Below are positions 19,537-30,440 of a DNA stretch of 64,000 nt, piece by piece. Source of the stretch: an uncultured candidatus Porisulfidus sp. (lineage in GTDB: Bacteria; Pseudomonadota; Gammaproteobacteria; Poriferisulfidales; Poriferisulfidaceae); the NCBI GenBank assembly GCA_965199755.1, contig CBDASZ010000001.1, positions 416,001 to 480,000 on the forward strand, written 5' to 3'. Every line of letters begins with the position of its first letter. Positions within the stretch are counted from its first letter, which is position 1. The notes under the pieces were generated by a model, which was given only the letters and a program-made list of their open reading frames with translations, did not search any database and had not been told where the DNA came from. The translations under genes were made by a program, and so were the position numbers.

Positions 19537-19962
19537 ATGCAGGTGCACCGCGCGGAGAAGGTCGCGGATTCCACGTCACAGTTATATGAGCTGGTCAACG
19601 ACGTCGAATCCTATCCAAAGTTTCTGCCGTGGTGCCCGAAAGCCGAAGTGCTGGTGCGCGGCGACAATGAAGTGACCGCCCGCCTGACGCTGGCGCGCGC
19701 GGGCCTGCAAACCTCCTTCACCACCCGCAATGTGCTGCAGCCTGGTGAGCGCATTGACATGCATCTGCAGGACGGACCGTTCAAGAAACTGCACGGCACC
19801 TGGACCTTCACCGAAGAAGAAGATGGCTGTATCGTGGCGCTCAACATGGACTTCCAGGTTAGCGGGCCACTGCGGCTGTTGGGTTTCTCCAGAGCCTTTG
19901 CAGAAGCCTGCGACCGGATGGTGCATGCCTTCGTCGTGGAGGCGGAGCGCCGCCGCAAGTGA
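19537..19962 (+). CDS. ratA: RatA/PasT (Coq10-like START domain)
   Basis: LVNDVESYPKFLPWC, FTTRN, GPFKKLHGTW. Confidence 0.92.
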   Translation: MQVHRAEKVADSTSQLYELVNDVESYPKFLPWCPKAEVLVRGDNEVTARLTLARAGLQTSFTTRNVLQPGERIDMHLQDGPFKKLHGTWTFTEEEDGCIVALNMDFQVSGPLRLLGFSRAFAEACDRMVHAFVVEAERRRK

Positions 19963-20243
19963 ATATCAGCTGGGTGGACCCGGGTGCCTCGCGACCGGCA
20001 CCACAGCCTTTGGAAGTCCCGGACGGCTCCCGTGTGTGTGAAGTGCTGGTGCGATTGGGCTGGCGTGAACCGCCGGAGGAAGAGGGCCGTTGGGGGTTTA
20101 GCGTGTTTGGGCGTACGGTCGACGCCCAGTATCAACTGCAGGACGGAGATCGGCTGGAATTGTGCCCGCCGTTAGAGTGCGCTCCAATGGACGCGCGGCG
20201 CGCACGCGCCGCCGCGCAAAAAACCGCCAAACGCAGTCGCTGA
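19959..20243 (+). CDS. ratB: RnfH/RatB family protein
   Basis: VFG....LQDGDRLEL..PL...PMDARRARA; follows ratA. Confidence 0.85.
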   Translation: MNISWVDPGASRPAPQPLEVPDGSRVCEVLVRLGWREPPEEEGRWGFSVFGRTVDAQYQLQDGDRLELCPPLECAPMDARRARAAAQKTAKRSR

Positions 20244-20250
20244 ATTTTCG

Positions 20251-20790
20251 CTACGGACTAGAGGTCTGCTCGGGTTCGGTCAGCGCTTCTTCAAGGGCTA
20301 GCGCTGAGGAATCGTCATCCTGTACCTGCACACCAGAGGCTTCGGGCTCCGCGGTCGGTTCCGTATCCTCAACAGGCAGATCGTCTGCCTCAAGATCCGG
20401 TGCCAGGCTGCGGTCCAGACCTTCGGCCTCCGGGTCGATGCGCACCAGACGGCGAATCTTGGCAACCTTGCCGCCCTCAAAATGAATGCTGATCAGGCCG
20501 AGTTCGGACTCCTCCGCTTTGCTGGATGCTTCCTTGTAGTACGGGTATTCCCAGCGCGCGTGGTGAAACGCATCTTTCACCAACGGACTGCCCATCAGAA
20601 ACTTGACCTGCTCAGCGGTCATGCCGATGCGCAACTGACGCACTGACTCTTCATTCAGGACATTTCCCTGCTGCACCTGCACGCGGTGCTGCGCCAGCGT
20701 GAAGCCTTCCGGCAGCATGTAATCGCAGCTGGAACCCCCCGCACCGAAAGCCAAAATCGGCAGCAGTTGAAAAATGCGTGGCAATCTCAT
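20251..20790 (-). CDS. bamE: Outer membrane protein assembly factor BamE with acidic C-terminal tail
   Basis: VQQGN, GMTAEQVKFLMGSP..D.FH..RWEY; lipoprotein Cys. Confidence 0.9.
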   Translation of the reverse strand: MRLPRIFQLLPILAFGAGGSSCDYMLPEGFTLAQHRVQVQQGNVLNEESVRQLRIGMTAEQVKFLMGSPLVKDAFHHARWEYPYYKEASSKAEESELGLISIHFEGGKVAKIRRLVRIDPEAEGLDRSLAPDLEADDLPVEDTEPTAEPEASGVQVQDDDSSALALEEALTEPEQTSSP

Positions 20791-22472
20791 GGTGCTATTC
20801 TACCGTCAGCCGTGCCGTGCACTTGATCCAGCAGCGCTTGCGCGTGACTGCGGGCAGTGTCGGTTTTCTCAATGCCTGAGAACATACGGGTCAGTTCTTC
20901 CACCCGCCCGGATGAGTCCAGCACATCTACCTCGGTGCGGCCACTCTCGTGTTTGCGCACACAGTAGTGATGATGCGCCTGCACCGCGACCTGCGGCAGG
21001 TGAGTGACGCACAGCACTTGCGCCCACGCGCCAAGGCGCGCCAGAAGTTGGCCGACGATTTCCGCCGGACCGCCGCCGATGCCCGCGTCTACCTCATCGA
21101 AAATCATCACCGGTGTCTCTTCACTGCTGAGTGCCTGCTGCAGCGCCAGCGACAGCCGGGATAGCTCACCGCCAGATGCGACCGCATGGAGCGAGCCGGG
21201 ATCCTGCTCCGGGTTGGTGCGGATGCGAAACTCAATCTCATCAGTGCCATGCGCCGCGGGTTCGCGCTCGGCGTCCGCATCCACCGCGATCACAAACTCC
21301 GCATGCGGCATGCCCAGTTGCCGCAGGATGTCGGTGGTCTGGCTGGCGATTTTTTTTGCGGCGCGCTGGCGCGCCTTTGAGATCTGCGCCGCCTGCGCAC
21401 GGTAGTCGCGTTGCAACTCCTGTACTTGCGCCTCCAGCGCATCGGCATCGTATTGCGGCGACTGCAAGCGCGCAAGTTCCTCCCGCAAGTTTTGCGTGTG
21501 CGCCCACAATTCCTGAGCCCGCACCTGATGTTTGCGCGCCATCTCATGCGCGGCCCCCAGACGCTGCTCGACTTCCGCCTGCGCTTCGGGGTCAAGACTG
21601 ATGCTCTCCAGACTGTGGCGCAGGCGGTGTACCGCTTCCTCGACCTGATTGAAGGCCTCCGGCAGGAGTTCCGTCGCGTCCTTCAGTCGGGGGTCGCATT
21701 GTGCGGCCTGCTCAAACTTCGCCGCCGCGCTCACCAGTCTCGAATGGGTGGAATCCTGCTCCCGGTCATACAGTGAGTCGATCAGTTCTGCGCACAGCGC
21801 GCGCAACTCATCAGCGCTGGCGAGTCGTCGCTGCTGGACGTCCAATTCTTCGTAGTCGCCCTCGCACAGGCCCAACGCTTCAAGTTCCTGTACCTGAAAT
21901 TCCAGCAGCACCACGTTCTGGCGATGCTGTTCCCGGTCCGCGCCCAGTTGTTGCGCCTGAGTCTGCGCGTCTGCCCAAGCGCGGTGACAGGCGGCCAGTT
22001 TCTGCAGGGCGTCGGCGTGTCCGCAGGCACCGTCGAGCAGGACGCGCTGATGGGCGCGCTGCAGCAAGCGCTGGTGTTCATGCTGGCCGTGGATTTCGAT
22101 CATCTGCTGTCCGGCCTCGCGCAGTGCGCCAATCGAGACCGGGGTGTCATTCACGTAAGCGCGTGAGGAGGACGGGGTCAGCATGCGGCGCAGCAGCAGA
22201 GCATTGTCATCGGTGGTGAACTCATGTTGTGTGAGCCAGTCGCGAATGCCGTCGTGTTCCGGCAGTTCGCATTGCAGTGTGATTTCGGCGCGTTCAGCGC
22301 CTTGGCGAATGAGTTCACGGCCGCCGCGGGCACCCAGCGCCAGACCAATGGCACCAATCAGAATGGATTTGCCGGCACCGGTCTCGCCACTGAACACACT
22401 GAGTCCCGGCTGGAATTCCAGCTCCAGGCGTTCAATGACAGCCAGCCCTCGGACGCTCAGGGTGCGTAGCAT
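20787..22472 (-). CDS. recN: DNA repair protein RecN
   Basis: GETGAGKS, IHGQHEHQ, ASGGELSR, IFDEVDAGIGG, VTHLPQVA. Confidence 0.97.
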   Translation of the reverse strand: MLRTLSVRGLAVIERLELEFQPGLSVFSGETGAGKSILIGAIGLALGARGGRELIRQGAERAEITLQCELPEHDGIRDWLTQHEFTTDDNALLLRRMLTPSSSRAYVNDTPVSIGALREAGQQMIEIHGQHEHQRLLQRAHQRVLLDGACGHADALQKLAACHRAWADAQTQAQQLGADREQHRQNVVLLEFQVQELEALGLCEGDYEELDVQQRRLASADELRALCAELIDSLYDREQDSTHSRLVSAAAKFEQAAQCDPRLKDATELLPEAFNQVEEAVHRLRHSLESISLDPEAQAEVEQRLGAAHEMARKHQVRAQELWAHTQNLREELARLQSPQYDADALEAQVQELQRDYRAQAAQISKARQRAAKKIASQTTDILRQLGMPHAEFVIAVDADAEREPAAHGTDEIEFRIRTNPEQDPGSLHAVASGGELSRLSLALQQALSSEETPVMIFDEVDAGIGGGPAEIVGQLLARLGAWAQVLCVTHLPQVAVQAHHHYCVRKHESGRTEVDVLDSSGRVEELTRMFSGIEKTDTARSHAQALLDQVHGTADGRIAP

Positions 22473-22478
22473 CAGAAC

Positions 22479-23342
22479 TTACAAGTTCCAGGAAAGTTTG
22501 CGGCGCAGCACCTCGAAGTGGTCATGATTGACCGGCTGCACCAGTTTCAGCGGATAACTCTGATGACGGATGCGAATGCGATCGCCGACGCCCAATTCCT
22601 GATTGGCACCGCCGTCAAAGGAGATCTGGCCGCGGCTTTCCGCGCGGCCAATGACTTCAAGTTCGACTTTGCTGTCCACATCAATGACAATCGGACGACT
22701 TGACAGCATGTGCGGGCAGATCGGCACCAGCACCAGAACATCGAGTTGCGGTGACACAATCGGGCCTCCGCCCGACAAGGCGTAGGCGGTCGAACCGGTC
22801 GGGGTGGAGACGATCAGACCGTCGGCGCGCAACGAACTCAACAGCCGCCCGTCAATGCGGATCTGCAATTCAATCATGTGCAAGTCACGATAACTGTGCA
22901 CCACAATGTCATTGATGGCGTCGTGCGTGCATAGCACGTCGTCGCTGCGCGAGACTTCGCCGGTCAGAATGGAGCGCTCGTCAATTTCATGCTGGCCGTT
23001 CAAAATGGCACCCAGCACCTCGGTGATCTGGTGTGGGTAGATGTCGGCCAGAAACCCCAATCGTCCCCAGTTGACGCCGCACACCGGCACGCCCTGCGGG
23101 GCCAGATGATTGGCGGCAATCAGCAAGGTGCCGTCACCGCCGACGATCACACCGAGGTCCGCCTGCTGCGCGATGTCGTCGAGCGTTCTTTCCGAGTCCA
23201 GACCCAGAATGCGCGCCGCTTCCGTATCCGGCAGCAATTCCAGTTCCAGCTCCGCGACTAGGTCGGCGACGCGGCGCAGGGATTCGGCGGTGGTGTGCGT
23301 TCCGGGGCGAGTAATCAGGCCAATCCGGCGATAAGCGGGCAT
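22479..23342 (-). CDS. nadK: NAD kinase
   Basis: GGDGT, GRLGFL, DGLIVSTPTGSTAYALSGGGP; start at MPAYRR. Confidence 0.96.
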   Translation of the reverse strand: MPAYRRIGLITRPGTHTTAESLRRVADLVAELELELLPDTEAARILGLDSERTLDDIAQQADLGVIVGGDGTLLIAANHLAPQGVPVCGVNWGRLGFLADIYPHQITEVLGAILNGQHEIDERSILTGEVSRSDDVLCTHDAINDIVVHSYRDLHMIELQIRIDGRLLSSLRADGLIVSTPTGSTAYALSGGGPIVSPQLDVLVLVPICPHMLSSRPIVIDVDSKVELEVIGRAESRGQISFDGGANQELGVGDRIRIRHQSYPLKLVQPVNHDHFEVLRRKLSWNL

Positions 23343-23391
23343 GCGGCAGGTGAGGCGATGGGGGGAGGCGCTATTGTACCGCCCGCCGCCC

Positions 23392-23419
23392 CTTGAAATT
23401 GAGTATGGACGCCCCATAT
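23392..23419 (+). promoter_or_regulatory. Sigma-32 heat-shock promoter of grpE-dnaK-dnaJ
   Basis: CTTGAA-N14-CCCCATAT, near-perfect RpoH consensus. Confidence 0.85.
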
Positions 23420-23451
23420 AAAAATAACAAGCCGCAAGGTCAGCGATTTCC

Positions 23452-24021
23452 ATGCACGATACCGAAGCACAAACGCCCGAGCTTGAAGACAGCGCTGCAG
23501 ACGAGGAGACGCGCGACGAGGGGACGGCGGTCGAGCCGGATCGGCAGGCCGAACTGTTGTTGCAACAAGATGCGCTGGCGCGGGCTCTCGCGGAGTTGGA
23601 GAACGCGCAAAAGCGCCACACACGCGAGCGCGAGGCGGACCAGCGTTATCGGGTCGAGCCGCTGGCGCGCGAACTGCTAGGGTTTCGGGACACGCTGGAA
23701 GATGCCTGTCGCGCCATGGAACAGCAGGGCGATGATGTCCCGAAGGCCTTGCGCGAAGGACAGACGCTGCTGTTGCGCCAACTGGAGCAGATCTTTGAGA
23801 AATTCGGCATCGACGCGATTGGCCCGAAAGGGGACGCCTTCGATCCGAAATTGCACGAGGCGATGACTACTTTGCCGAGCGAGGAGGTCGCGCCCGGGCA
23901 TGTAATCGAGGTGGTGCGCCGCGGTTATATCTTGCACGATCGCCTGTTGCGCCCGGCGCAAGTGGTGGTGGCGTCCGAGGCGCAGCCGCCGGAGACGCCT
24001 GAGTCTGAGGACTCGGCTTGA
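23452..24021 (+). CDS. grpE: Nucleotide exchange factor GrpE
   Basis: FDPKLHEAM, GYILHDRLLRPAQVVV. Confidence 0.96.
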   Translation: MHDTEAQTPELEDSAADEETRDEGTAVEPDRQAELLLQQDALARALAELENAQKRHTREREADQRYRVEPLARELLGFRDTLEDACRAMEQQGDDVPKALREGQTLLLRQLEQIFEKFGIDAIGPKGDAFDPKLHEAMTTLPSEEVAPGHVIEVVRRGYILHDRLLRPAQVVVASEAQPPETPESEDSA

Positions 24022-24093
24022 TTTTGGCGCACACAGACCTTATTTAATAAACAGGGCCGGTCGATACACGACCGCAACGGAGAACCAAACGAC

Positions 24094-26049
24094 ATGGCAA
24101 AGATTATCGGCATTGATCTCGGCACGACCAATTCCTGCGTGGCGGTGATGGAAGGCACCACTGCGCGTGTGCTTGAGAACAGCGAAGGCGACCGCACCAC
24201 GCCGTCCGTGGTGGCATTCACGGATGACGGCGACGAGGTGCTTGTCGGTCAGACCGCGAAGCGTCAGGCGGTAACCAATCCGCAGAACACGGTGTTTGCC
24301 GCCAAGCGCCTGATCGGGCGTCGCTTCGACGAGGCTGAAGTGCAAAAGGACATCAAACTGGTGCCGTTTTCGATCGTGAAGGCGGACAATGGTGACGCCT
24401 GGGTGGAAGTGCATGACAAGAAGATGGCACCTCCGGAGATTTCAGCGCGCGTGCTCGGCAAGATGAAGCAGACGGCCGAGGAGTATCTCGGTGAGAGCGT
24501 GACCGAGGCAGTCATCACGGTGCCGGCGTATTTCAATGACTCGCAGCGCCAGGCGACCAAGGACGCCGGGCGTATCGCCGGGCTGGATGTGAAGCGCATT
24601 ATCAACGAGCCGACCGCGGCGGCGCTGGCCTACGGCATGGACAAGAAGCACGGCGACGTCAAGATCGCGGTCTACGATTTGGGCGGCGGCACCTTTGACA
24701 TCTCGATCATCGAGATCGCCGAGATCGACGGCGAGCACCAGTTTGAAGTGCTGGCGACCAATGGCGACACCTTTTTGGGTGGTGAGGATTTTGACCTGCG
24801 GCTGATTGACTATCTGTGCGACGAGTTCAAGAAGCAGTGCGGTGTGGATCTGCACAATGACCCAATTGCGCTGCAGCGTCTGAAAGAGGCGTCCGAGAAA
24901 GCCAAGGTGGAGTTGTCGACCGCGCAGCAGACCGAAGTCAATCTCCCGTTCATTACCGCGGATGCCAGTGGGCCGAAGCACCTGAACGTCAAGATCACGC
25001 GCGCCAAACTCGAATCCCTCGTGGAGGATCTGATCGAGCGCACGGTGGCACCGTGCCGCACGGCGCTGTCAGACGCGGGCTTGACTGCGAGCCAGATTTC
25101 TTCCGTGATTCTGGTCGGCGGACAGACGCGGATGCCGAAAGTGCAGGAAGTGGTGGAGCAGGTGTTCGCTCAGGCACCGCGCAAGGACGTCAACCCGGAT
25201 GAAGCGGTGGCGTTGGGCGCGGCCGTGCAAGGTGGCGTACTCGGTGGCGATGTGCACGATGTGCTGCTGCTGGATGTCACTCCGCTGTCGCTCGGCATCG
25301 AGACGCTCGGTGGCGTGATGACCAAATTGATCGAGAAGAACACGACCATTCCGACCACCCAGACGCAGGTGTTCTCAACCGCCGCGGACAACCAGCCGGC
25401 GGTGACCGTGCATGTGCTGCAGGGAGAACGTGAACGTGCCGATGGCAACAAGTCGCTCGGTCGCTTCGACTTGACCGATCTGCCACCGGCCCCGCGCGGT
25501 GTGCCGCAGATTGAAGTGGCGTTCGATATCGATGCCAACGGCATTTTGAATGTGTCGGCGAAGGACAAGGCGACCGGCAAGGAGCAGTCGATTGTGGTCA
25601 AGGCATCCAGCGGGCTGTCGGAGGATGAGATTGATCGCATGGTCAAGGATGCCGAGGAGCATGCGGCCGAGGACCGCAAGTTCCAGGAACTGGCGCAGGC
25701 ACGCAACACGGCTGACGCGCTGATCCACGCCACGCAAAAAGCGATGGAGGATCTGGGCGAACAGGTCAGTGGTGAGGAGCGCGCGAGTGTGGAGTCGGCG
25801 ATCAATGACCTCAAGGGTGTGCTCGACAGCGAGGATCTGGAGATCCTTGAGGCGAAAACAAAAGCGCTGACGGACGTCAGTGGTGGCATTGCCCAGCGCG
25901 CTTATGAGGCCGCGCAGCAACCGGATGAAGCGCCAGAAGGCGCGACAGCCGAGGAGGCGAAAGGGGACGTGGTGGATGCCGACTTTGATGAAGTGGACGA
26001 GAAGTCGGGCAGCAATGGTTCCGGCCAGGGTAACGGCAAGTCGTCCTGA
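24094..26049 (+). CDS. dnaK: Chaperone DnaK
   Basis: [35 protein letters not shown]. Confidence 0.99.
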   Translation: MAKIIGIDLGTTNSCVAVMEGTTARVLENSEGDRTTPSVVAFTDDGDEVLVGQTAKRQAVTNPQNTVFAAKRLIGRRFDEAEVQKDIKLVPFSIVKADNGDAWVEVHDKKMAPPEISARVLGKMKQTAEEYLGESVTEAVITVPAYFNDSQRQATKDAGRIAGLDVKRIINEPTAAALAYGMDKKHGDVKIAVYDLGGGTFDISIIEIAEIDGEHQFEVLATNGDTFLGGEDFDLRLIDYLCDEFKKQCGVDLHNDPIALQRLKEASEKAKVELSTAQQTEVNLPFITADASGPKHLNVKITRAKLESLVEDLIERTVAPCRTALSDAGLTASQISSVILVGGQTRMPKVQEVVEQVFAQAPRKDVNPDEAVALGAAVQGGVLGGDVHDVLLLDVTPLSLGIETLGGVMTKLIEKNTTIPTTQTQVFSTAADNQPAVTVHVLQGERERADGNKSLGRFDLTDLPPAPRGVPQIEVAFDIDANGILNVSAKDKATGKEQSIVVKASSGLSEDEIDRMVKDAEEHAAEDRKFQELAQARNTADALIHATQKAMEDLGEQVSGEERASVESAINDLKGVLDSEDLEILEAKTKALTDVSGGIAQRAYEAAQQPDEAPEGATAEEAKGDVVDADFDEVDEKSGSNGSGQGNGKSS

Positions 26050-26073
26050 TGGACGCGCAAGCCGCACGCGGCT

Positions 26074-27219
26074 ATGGCCAAACGTGATTGCTACGAGATC
26101 CTCGGGGTCAGTCGCGGCGTCAATGAAGCGGAGCTGAAAAAGGCGTACCGACGTCTGGCCATGAAGCATCACCCGGATCGCAACCGGGAAGATCCGGAAG
26201 CTGACCGCAAGTTCCGGGAAATTCAGGAAGCCTACGGTATTCTTTCAAGCCCTGAGAAGCGCGCCCAGTACGATCGCTTTGGACACGACGGGGTGTCTAT
26301 GAGCGGGGCCGGCGCAGGCGCGGAAGCGGGAGGCTTCGGTGCTGGATTCGAGGACATCTTTGGCGATGTGTTCGGTGACGTATTCGGTCGCCGTGGCGGC
26401 TCTCGTGGCGCTGCGCAGACGCGCGGCTCCGATCTCATGTACAGCATGGACCTGGACCTGGAAGAGGCGGTCTTTGGTGTGACGCGCGAAGTGTCGGTGG
26501 AGACGCCGGTGCCTTGTGAGACCTGCTCAGGCTCCGGTTGTGCGCCGGGGACCAAACCGGAAGTCTGTGGCACCTGTCAGGGACGCGGCGAAGTAGTGGT
26601 GCAGCAGGGGTTCTTCACCATGCGCCAGACCTGCCCGACGTGTCACGGGCAGGGCCAGTCGATTCGGGTGCCGTGCGATACCTGCCATGGTGCCGGGCGC
26701 GTACGCCGCGCGCGGCAGTTGCGTGTCAAGATTCCCGCCGGCGTCGATGACGGCGACCGCGTGCGTCTGGCAGGCGAGGGCGAAGCCGGAGTTCGCGGCG
26801 CGGATTCGGGCGACCTTTATGTTGAGGTGCGGGTGCGCGAGCATCGCCTGTTTCGACGCGATAACCAGAACTTGCATTGCGAAGTGCCGATCAGTTTCAC
26901 CACGGCAGCACTGGGCGGCGTGCTCAAGGTGCCGACGCTGGACGGCCATGTCAACCTGAAAATCCCCCCGGAGACGCAATCCGGGAGTGCCTTGCGTTTG
27001 CGCGGCAAAGGGGTGCGCTCCATCCGCAGCAACCATCAAGGTGATATGATTTGTAACTTGGTCGTGGAGACTCCGGTTAATCTCAGCATGGAACAAAAAC
27101 ATTTGCTGCAGGAACTGGAGGATTCTGTCACCGGTGAGGAAGTGCACTCGCCACGTGTTGAATCCTGGCTGGAACGTGGCCGCAGTTTTGTGGACAATCT
27201 AAAATCCTGGTTACACTGA
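26074..27219 (+). CDS. dnaJ: Chaperone DnaJ
   Basis: J domain HPD, G/F region, four CxxCxGxG repeats. Confidence 0.98.
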   Translation: MAKRDCYEILGVSRGVNEAELKKAYRRLAMKHHPDRNREDPEADRKFREIQEAYGILSSPEKRAQYDRFGHDGVSMSGAGAGAEAGGFGAGFEDIFGDVFGDVFGRRGGSRGAAQTRGSDLMYSMDLDLEEAVFGVTREVSVETPVPCETCSGSGCAPGTKPEVCGTCQGRGEVVVQQGFFTMRQTCPTCHGQGQSIRVPCDTCHGAGRVRRARQLRVKIPAGVDDGDRVRLAGEGEAGVRGADSGDLYVEVRVREHRLFRRDNQNLHCEVPISFTTAALGGVLKVPTLDGHVNLKIPPETQSGSALRLRGKGVRSIRSNHQGDMICNLVVETPVNLSMEQKHLLQELEDSVTGEEVHSPRVESWLERGRSFVDNLKSWLH

Positions 27220-27241
27220 CCGACTATTGGGAGAGAAAATC

Positions 27242-28063
27242 ATGATGGATGAAGTGCGCGTTGGCATTGCGGGCATCACCGGACGGATGGGCGAGACGCT
27301 GGTGCATGCCGCGCTTGAGACGCCAGGTGTGGTGCTCGGCGCAGCCAGTTCCCGCAGCCACGATGATCTGGTGGTCGGACAAGACGCTGGACTGTTCACT
27401 CAGGCGAAGGCTGCCGGCGTGGCGATTTCCGGCTCGCTGGAGTATTGCCGCAACGACTTTGATGTCGCCATAGATTTCACTGTGCCGGAGTTTTCGGTGC
27501 AACTGGCGCAGCTGTGCATCGAATACCGCAAGGGTCTGGTGATCGGCACGACCGGCCACAGCGACGAAGAACTCGACGAGATACAAAAAGCGGCGGAGCA
27601 GATTCCGATTGTGATGTCGCCCAATATGAGTGTCGGCATCAATCTGATGCTGAAGCTGCTGCACGATGCATCGGGAATTCTGGGGTCGGAGGTGGATGTG
27701 GATATCATCGAGCATCATCACCGCACCAAGCGTGATGTGCCGTCCGGCACAGCATTGGCGCTTGGGCATGCGCTGGCGGAAGGCCGCGGACAGGAGTTTT
27801 CTGAGTGCGTGTCGTTTAAGGCGCTGGAAGAAGGCGTCGAGCGGGACCCGTCCATCATGCACTTTCATATCCTGCGCCAGACCGGTGTGGTTGGTGAGCA
27901 CAGGGTGATCTTCGCGCTGTCCGGGGAGCGACTGGAGTTGGTGCATCACGCCACGGATCGACATATTTTCGCAAGGGGCGCGTTGCGCGCGGCGGCTTGG
28001 GTGTCACGTCAGCCTCCTGGTTTGTACTCGATGCGTGAAGTGCTGTCCAGAGCGACGAGTTGA
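27242..28063 (+). CDS. dapB: 4-hydroxy-tetrahydrodipicolinate reductase
   Basis: [31 protein letters not shown]. Confidence 0.96.
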   Translation: MMDEVRVGIAGITGRMGETLVHAALETPGVVLGAASSRSHDDLVVGQDAGLFTQAKAAGVAISGSLEYCRNDFDVAIDFTVPEFSVQLAQLCIEYRKGLVIGTTGHSDEELDEIQKAAEQIPIVMSPNMSVGINLMLKLLHDASGILGSEVDVDIIEHHHRTKRDVPSGTALALGHALAEGRGQEFSECVSFKALEEGVERDPSIMHFHILRQTGVVGEHRVIFALSGERLELVHHATDRHIFARGALRAAAWVSRQPPGLYSMREVLSRATS

Positions 28064-28114
28064 AGAGTTGACAGGATCAGGCTGGTTCTCCCCCCGGCGG
28101 GAATGAGCCGGTGC

Positions 28115-28202
28115 GGAGAGGTGGCAGAGTGGTCGAATGCGGCGGTCTTGAAAACCGTTGAATCGAAAGGTTCCGGGGGTTCGAATCCCTCCCTCTCCGC
28201 CA
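28115..28202 (+). tRNA. tRNA-Ser (TGA)
   Basis: GGAGAGG acceptor stem, anticodon loop CT-TGA-AA, long variable arm, GGTTCGAATCC, CCA. Confidence 0.96.
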
Positions 28203-28238
28203 GTTTTGCATTCTCACCAGATCGACTGTAGAGGGCAC

Positions 28239-30368
28239 GTTGCGGGTAGCCCCAAAAAAGATTTGACCTACAATCTGTCATCGTGTTTTCAGTTTAGCCC
28301 CAAAAAAGATTTGACCTACAATGCGCCCCGTTGCCGATGGCTCCTTGTTGCGGGTAGCCCCAAAAAAGATTTGACCTACAATTGGTGGATCCGTTGTTTT
28401 TATGGCGGCACCGTGTTGCGGGTAGCCCCAAAAAAGATTTGACCTACAATGCAATGCGGCAACGGCGTCGGTGATGTCCTGTTGCGGGTAGCCCCAAAAA
28501 AGATTTGACCTACAATTGAATTGAACGTCGGTGTCGGCACTTGTGCGTTGCGGGTAGCCCCAAAAAAGATTTGACCTACAATCTACTGATGATAGTCAGC
28601 GTGTCGAATCAAGTTGCGGGTAGCCCCAAAAAAGATTTGACCTACAATGGAAGCCGTTTCAGCCGCCGCCGACGTATACGGTTGCGGGTAGCCCCAAAAA
28701 AGATTTGACCTACAATCACCCGCGAATAACCTACATCGGGATGCCGGCCGTTGCGGGTAGCCCCAAAAAAGATTTGACCTACAATCATGCCGGCAAAGCC
28801 GTGAATGGCGTCGTGGTTGCGGGTAGCCCCAAAAAAGATTTGACCTACAATCTTTCTGACAATCAGAGCCCCGAATCGGATGCGCGCCCGAGCCAGGTTG
28901 CGGGTAGCCCCAAAAAAGATTTGACCTACAATCCGCTGTGCCGACATGGGAGAAGATCGCTGTTAAGAACTGTGAATTGTTGCGGGTAGCCCCAAAAAAG
29001 ATTTGACCTACAATCCGCAGAGTTGCTCAGCCAAAAAAGATTTGCCGCGGCTTACCCAGCGGCCCGCAAGTTGCGGGTAGCCCCAAAAAAGATTTGACCT
29101 ACAATCGCCAGAAATGCGCCGCCGCCAAAAAAGATTTTACGACCGGTACGTTGTTGCGGGTAGCCCCAAAAAAGATTTGACCTACAATGCGCGCGGTTGT
29201 AGACGCGAAATCGCAAGCTGTTGCGGGTAGCCCCAAAAAAGATTTGACCTACAATTGCGGATGGTCTGGCGGGCACTCTACAATCTTCTTCATTAGTTGC
29301 GGGTAGCCCCAAAAAAGATTTGACCTACAATGATCGGCCCGGTTATACGCGCAATGCTGTTGTTGCGGGTAGCCCCAAAAAAGATTTGACCTACAATTGT
29401 CACGTCACTCCTTTAGTTGCGGGTACGGCTGGGCGGCGTGGTTGCGGGTAGCCCCAAAAAAGATTTGACCTACAATTCAATCAGCCCGGCGGCTCATGTT
29501 GCGGGTAGCCCCAAAAAAGATTTGACCTACAATCGCTATTGATGCCAGGATTCGCAATTGCGTTGCGGGTAGCCCCAAAAAAGATTTGACCTACAATCTC
29601 AATTCAGCCGGGTATGCGGCGACAATATTCGCGGGTTGTTGCGGGTAGCCCCAAAAAAGATTTGACCTACAATGACATTGGGTCCCCGCAAATTGGCACC
29701 GGCACGTGCTGATGTTGCGGGTAGCCCCGATTTGACCTACATGTCAAAATAGTTGCGGGTAGCCCCAAAAAAGATTTGACCTACAATAAACTAACGGCGG
29801 GCTGCAAAAGCCGTGTTGCGTTGCGGGTAGCCCCAAAAAAGATTTGACCTACAAATGAACCTGCGCGCCGTTGCGGGTAGCCCCAAAAAAGATTTGACCT
29901 ACAATGCGGATCTGGGAGGGGCTTCATGTTGCGGGTAGCCCCAAAAAAGATTTGACCTACAATGCCGCCGTCGCTCGAGGATCCCTCAGTGAACCAGTTG
30001 CGGGTAGCCCCAAAAAAGATTTGACCTACAATTCAGCGGGATTGCCGCGCCAGGTTGCGGGTAGCCCCAAAAAAGATTTGACCTACAATGCCAAAGAGGC
30101 GATGCCAGTGTTAGGCGGTTCAATGTTGCGGGTAGCCCCAAAAAAGATTTGACCTACAATTGGCGAAGATAATCTGCAGATAGCATGCGCTGCAGGTTGC
30201 GGGTAGCCCCAAAAAAGATTTGACCTACAATCCAGATTGGCACGGCATATTGCCCCGCAACACTGTTGCGGGTAGCCCCAAAAAAGATTTGACCTACAAT
30301 TGGCGCCGCCTTAAACTGCCGGTATGCGCGGCGTTGCGGGTAGCCCCAAAAAAGATTTGACCTACAAT
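28239..30368 (+). CRISPR. Type II-C CRISPR array, 32 repeats (GTTGCGGGTAGCCCCAAAAAAGATTTGACCTACAAT, 36 bp) and 31 spacers
   Basis: Repeats counted by hand; repeats 2, 22 and 24 are imperfect; + strand transcription inferred from complementarity to the + strand tracrRNA. Confidence 0.98.
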
Positions 30369-30440
30369 ACCTCGGCCGCAAGTATCTGATTCGCATCAGA
30401 ACTTGCGGTCGCTTGGGCGGCAAAAATTGCTTCCATTTCT
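30369..30440. other. Array-cas2 spacer (probable leader) with inverted repeat CCGCAAGT.TCTGAT-TCGC-ATCAGA.ACTTGCGG
   Basis: Hairpin at about 30376-30408 between the convergent array and cas2. Confidence 0.6.

Noticed and set aside
30161-30195. Self-targeting spacer (TGGCGAAGATA also occurs in coxA near 13220)
   Set aside because: Only about 11 nt match, expected by chance. No longer self-match was spotted by eye, but the search was not exhaustive.
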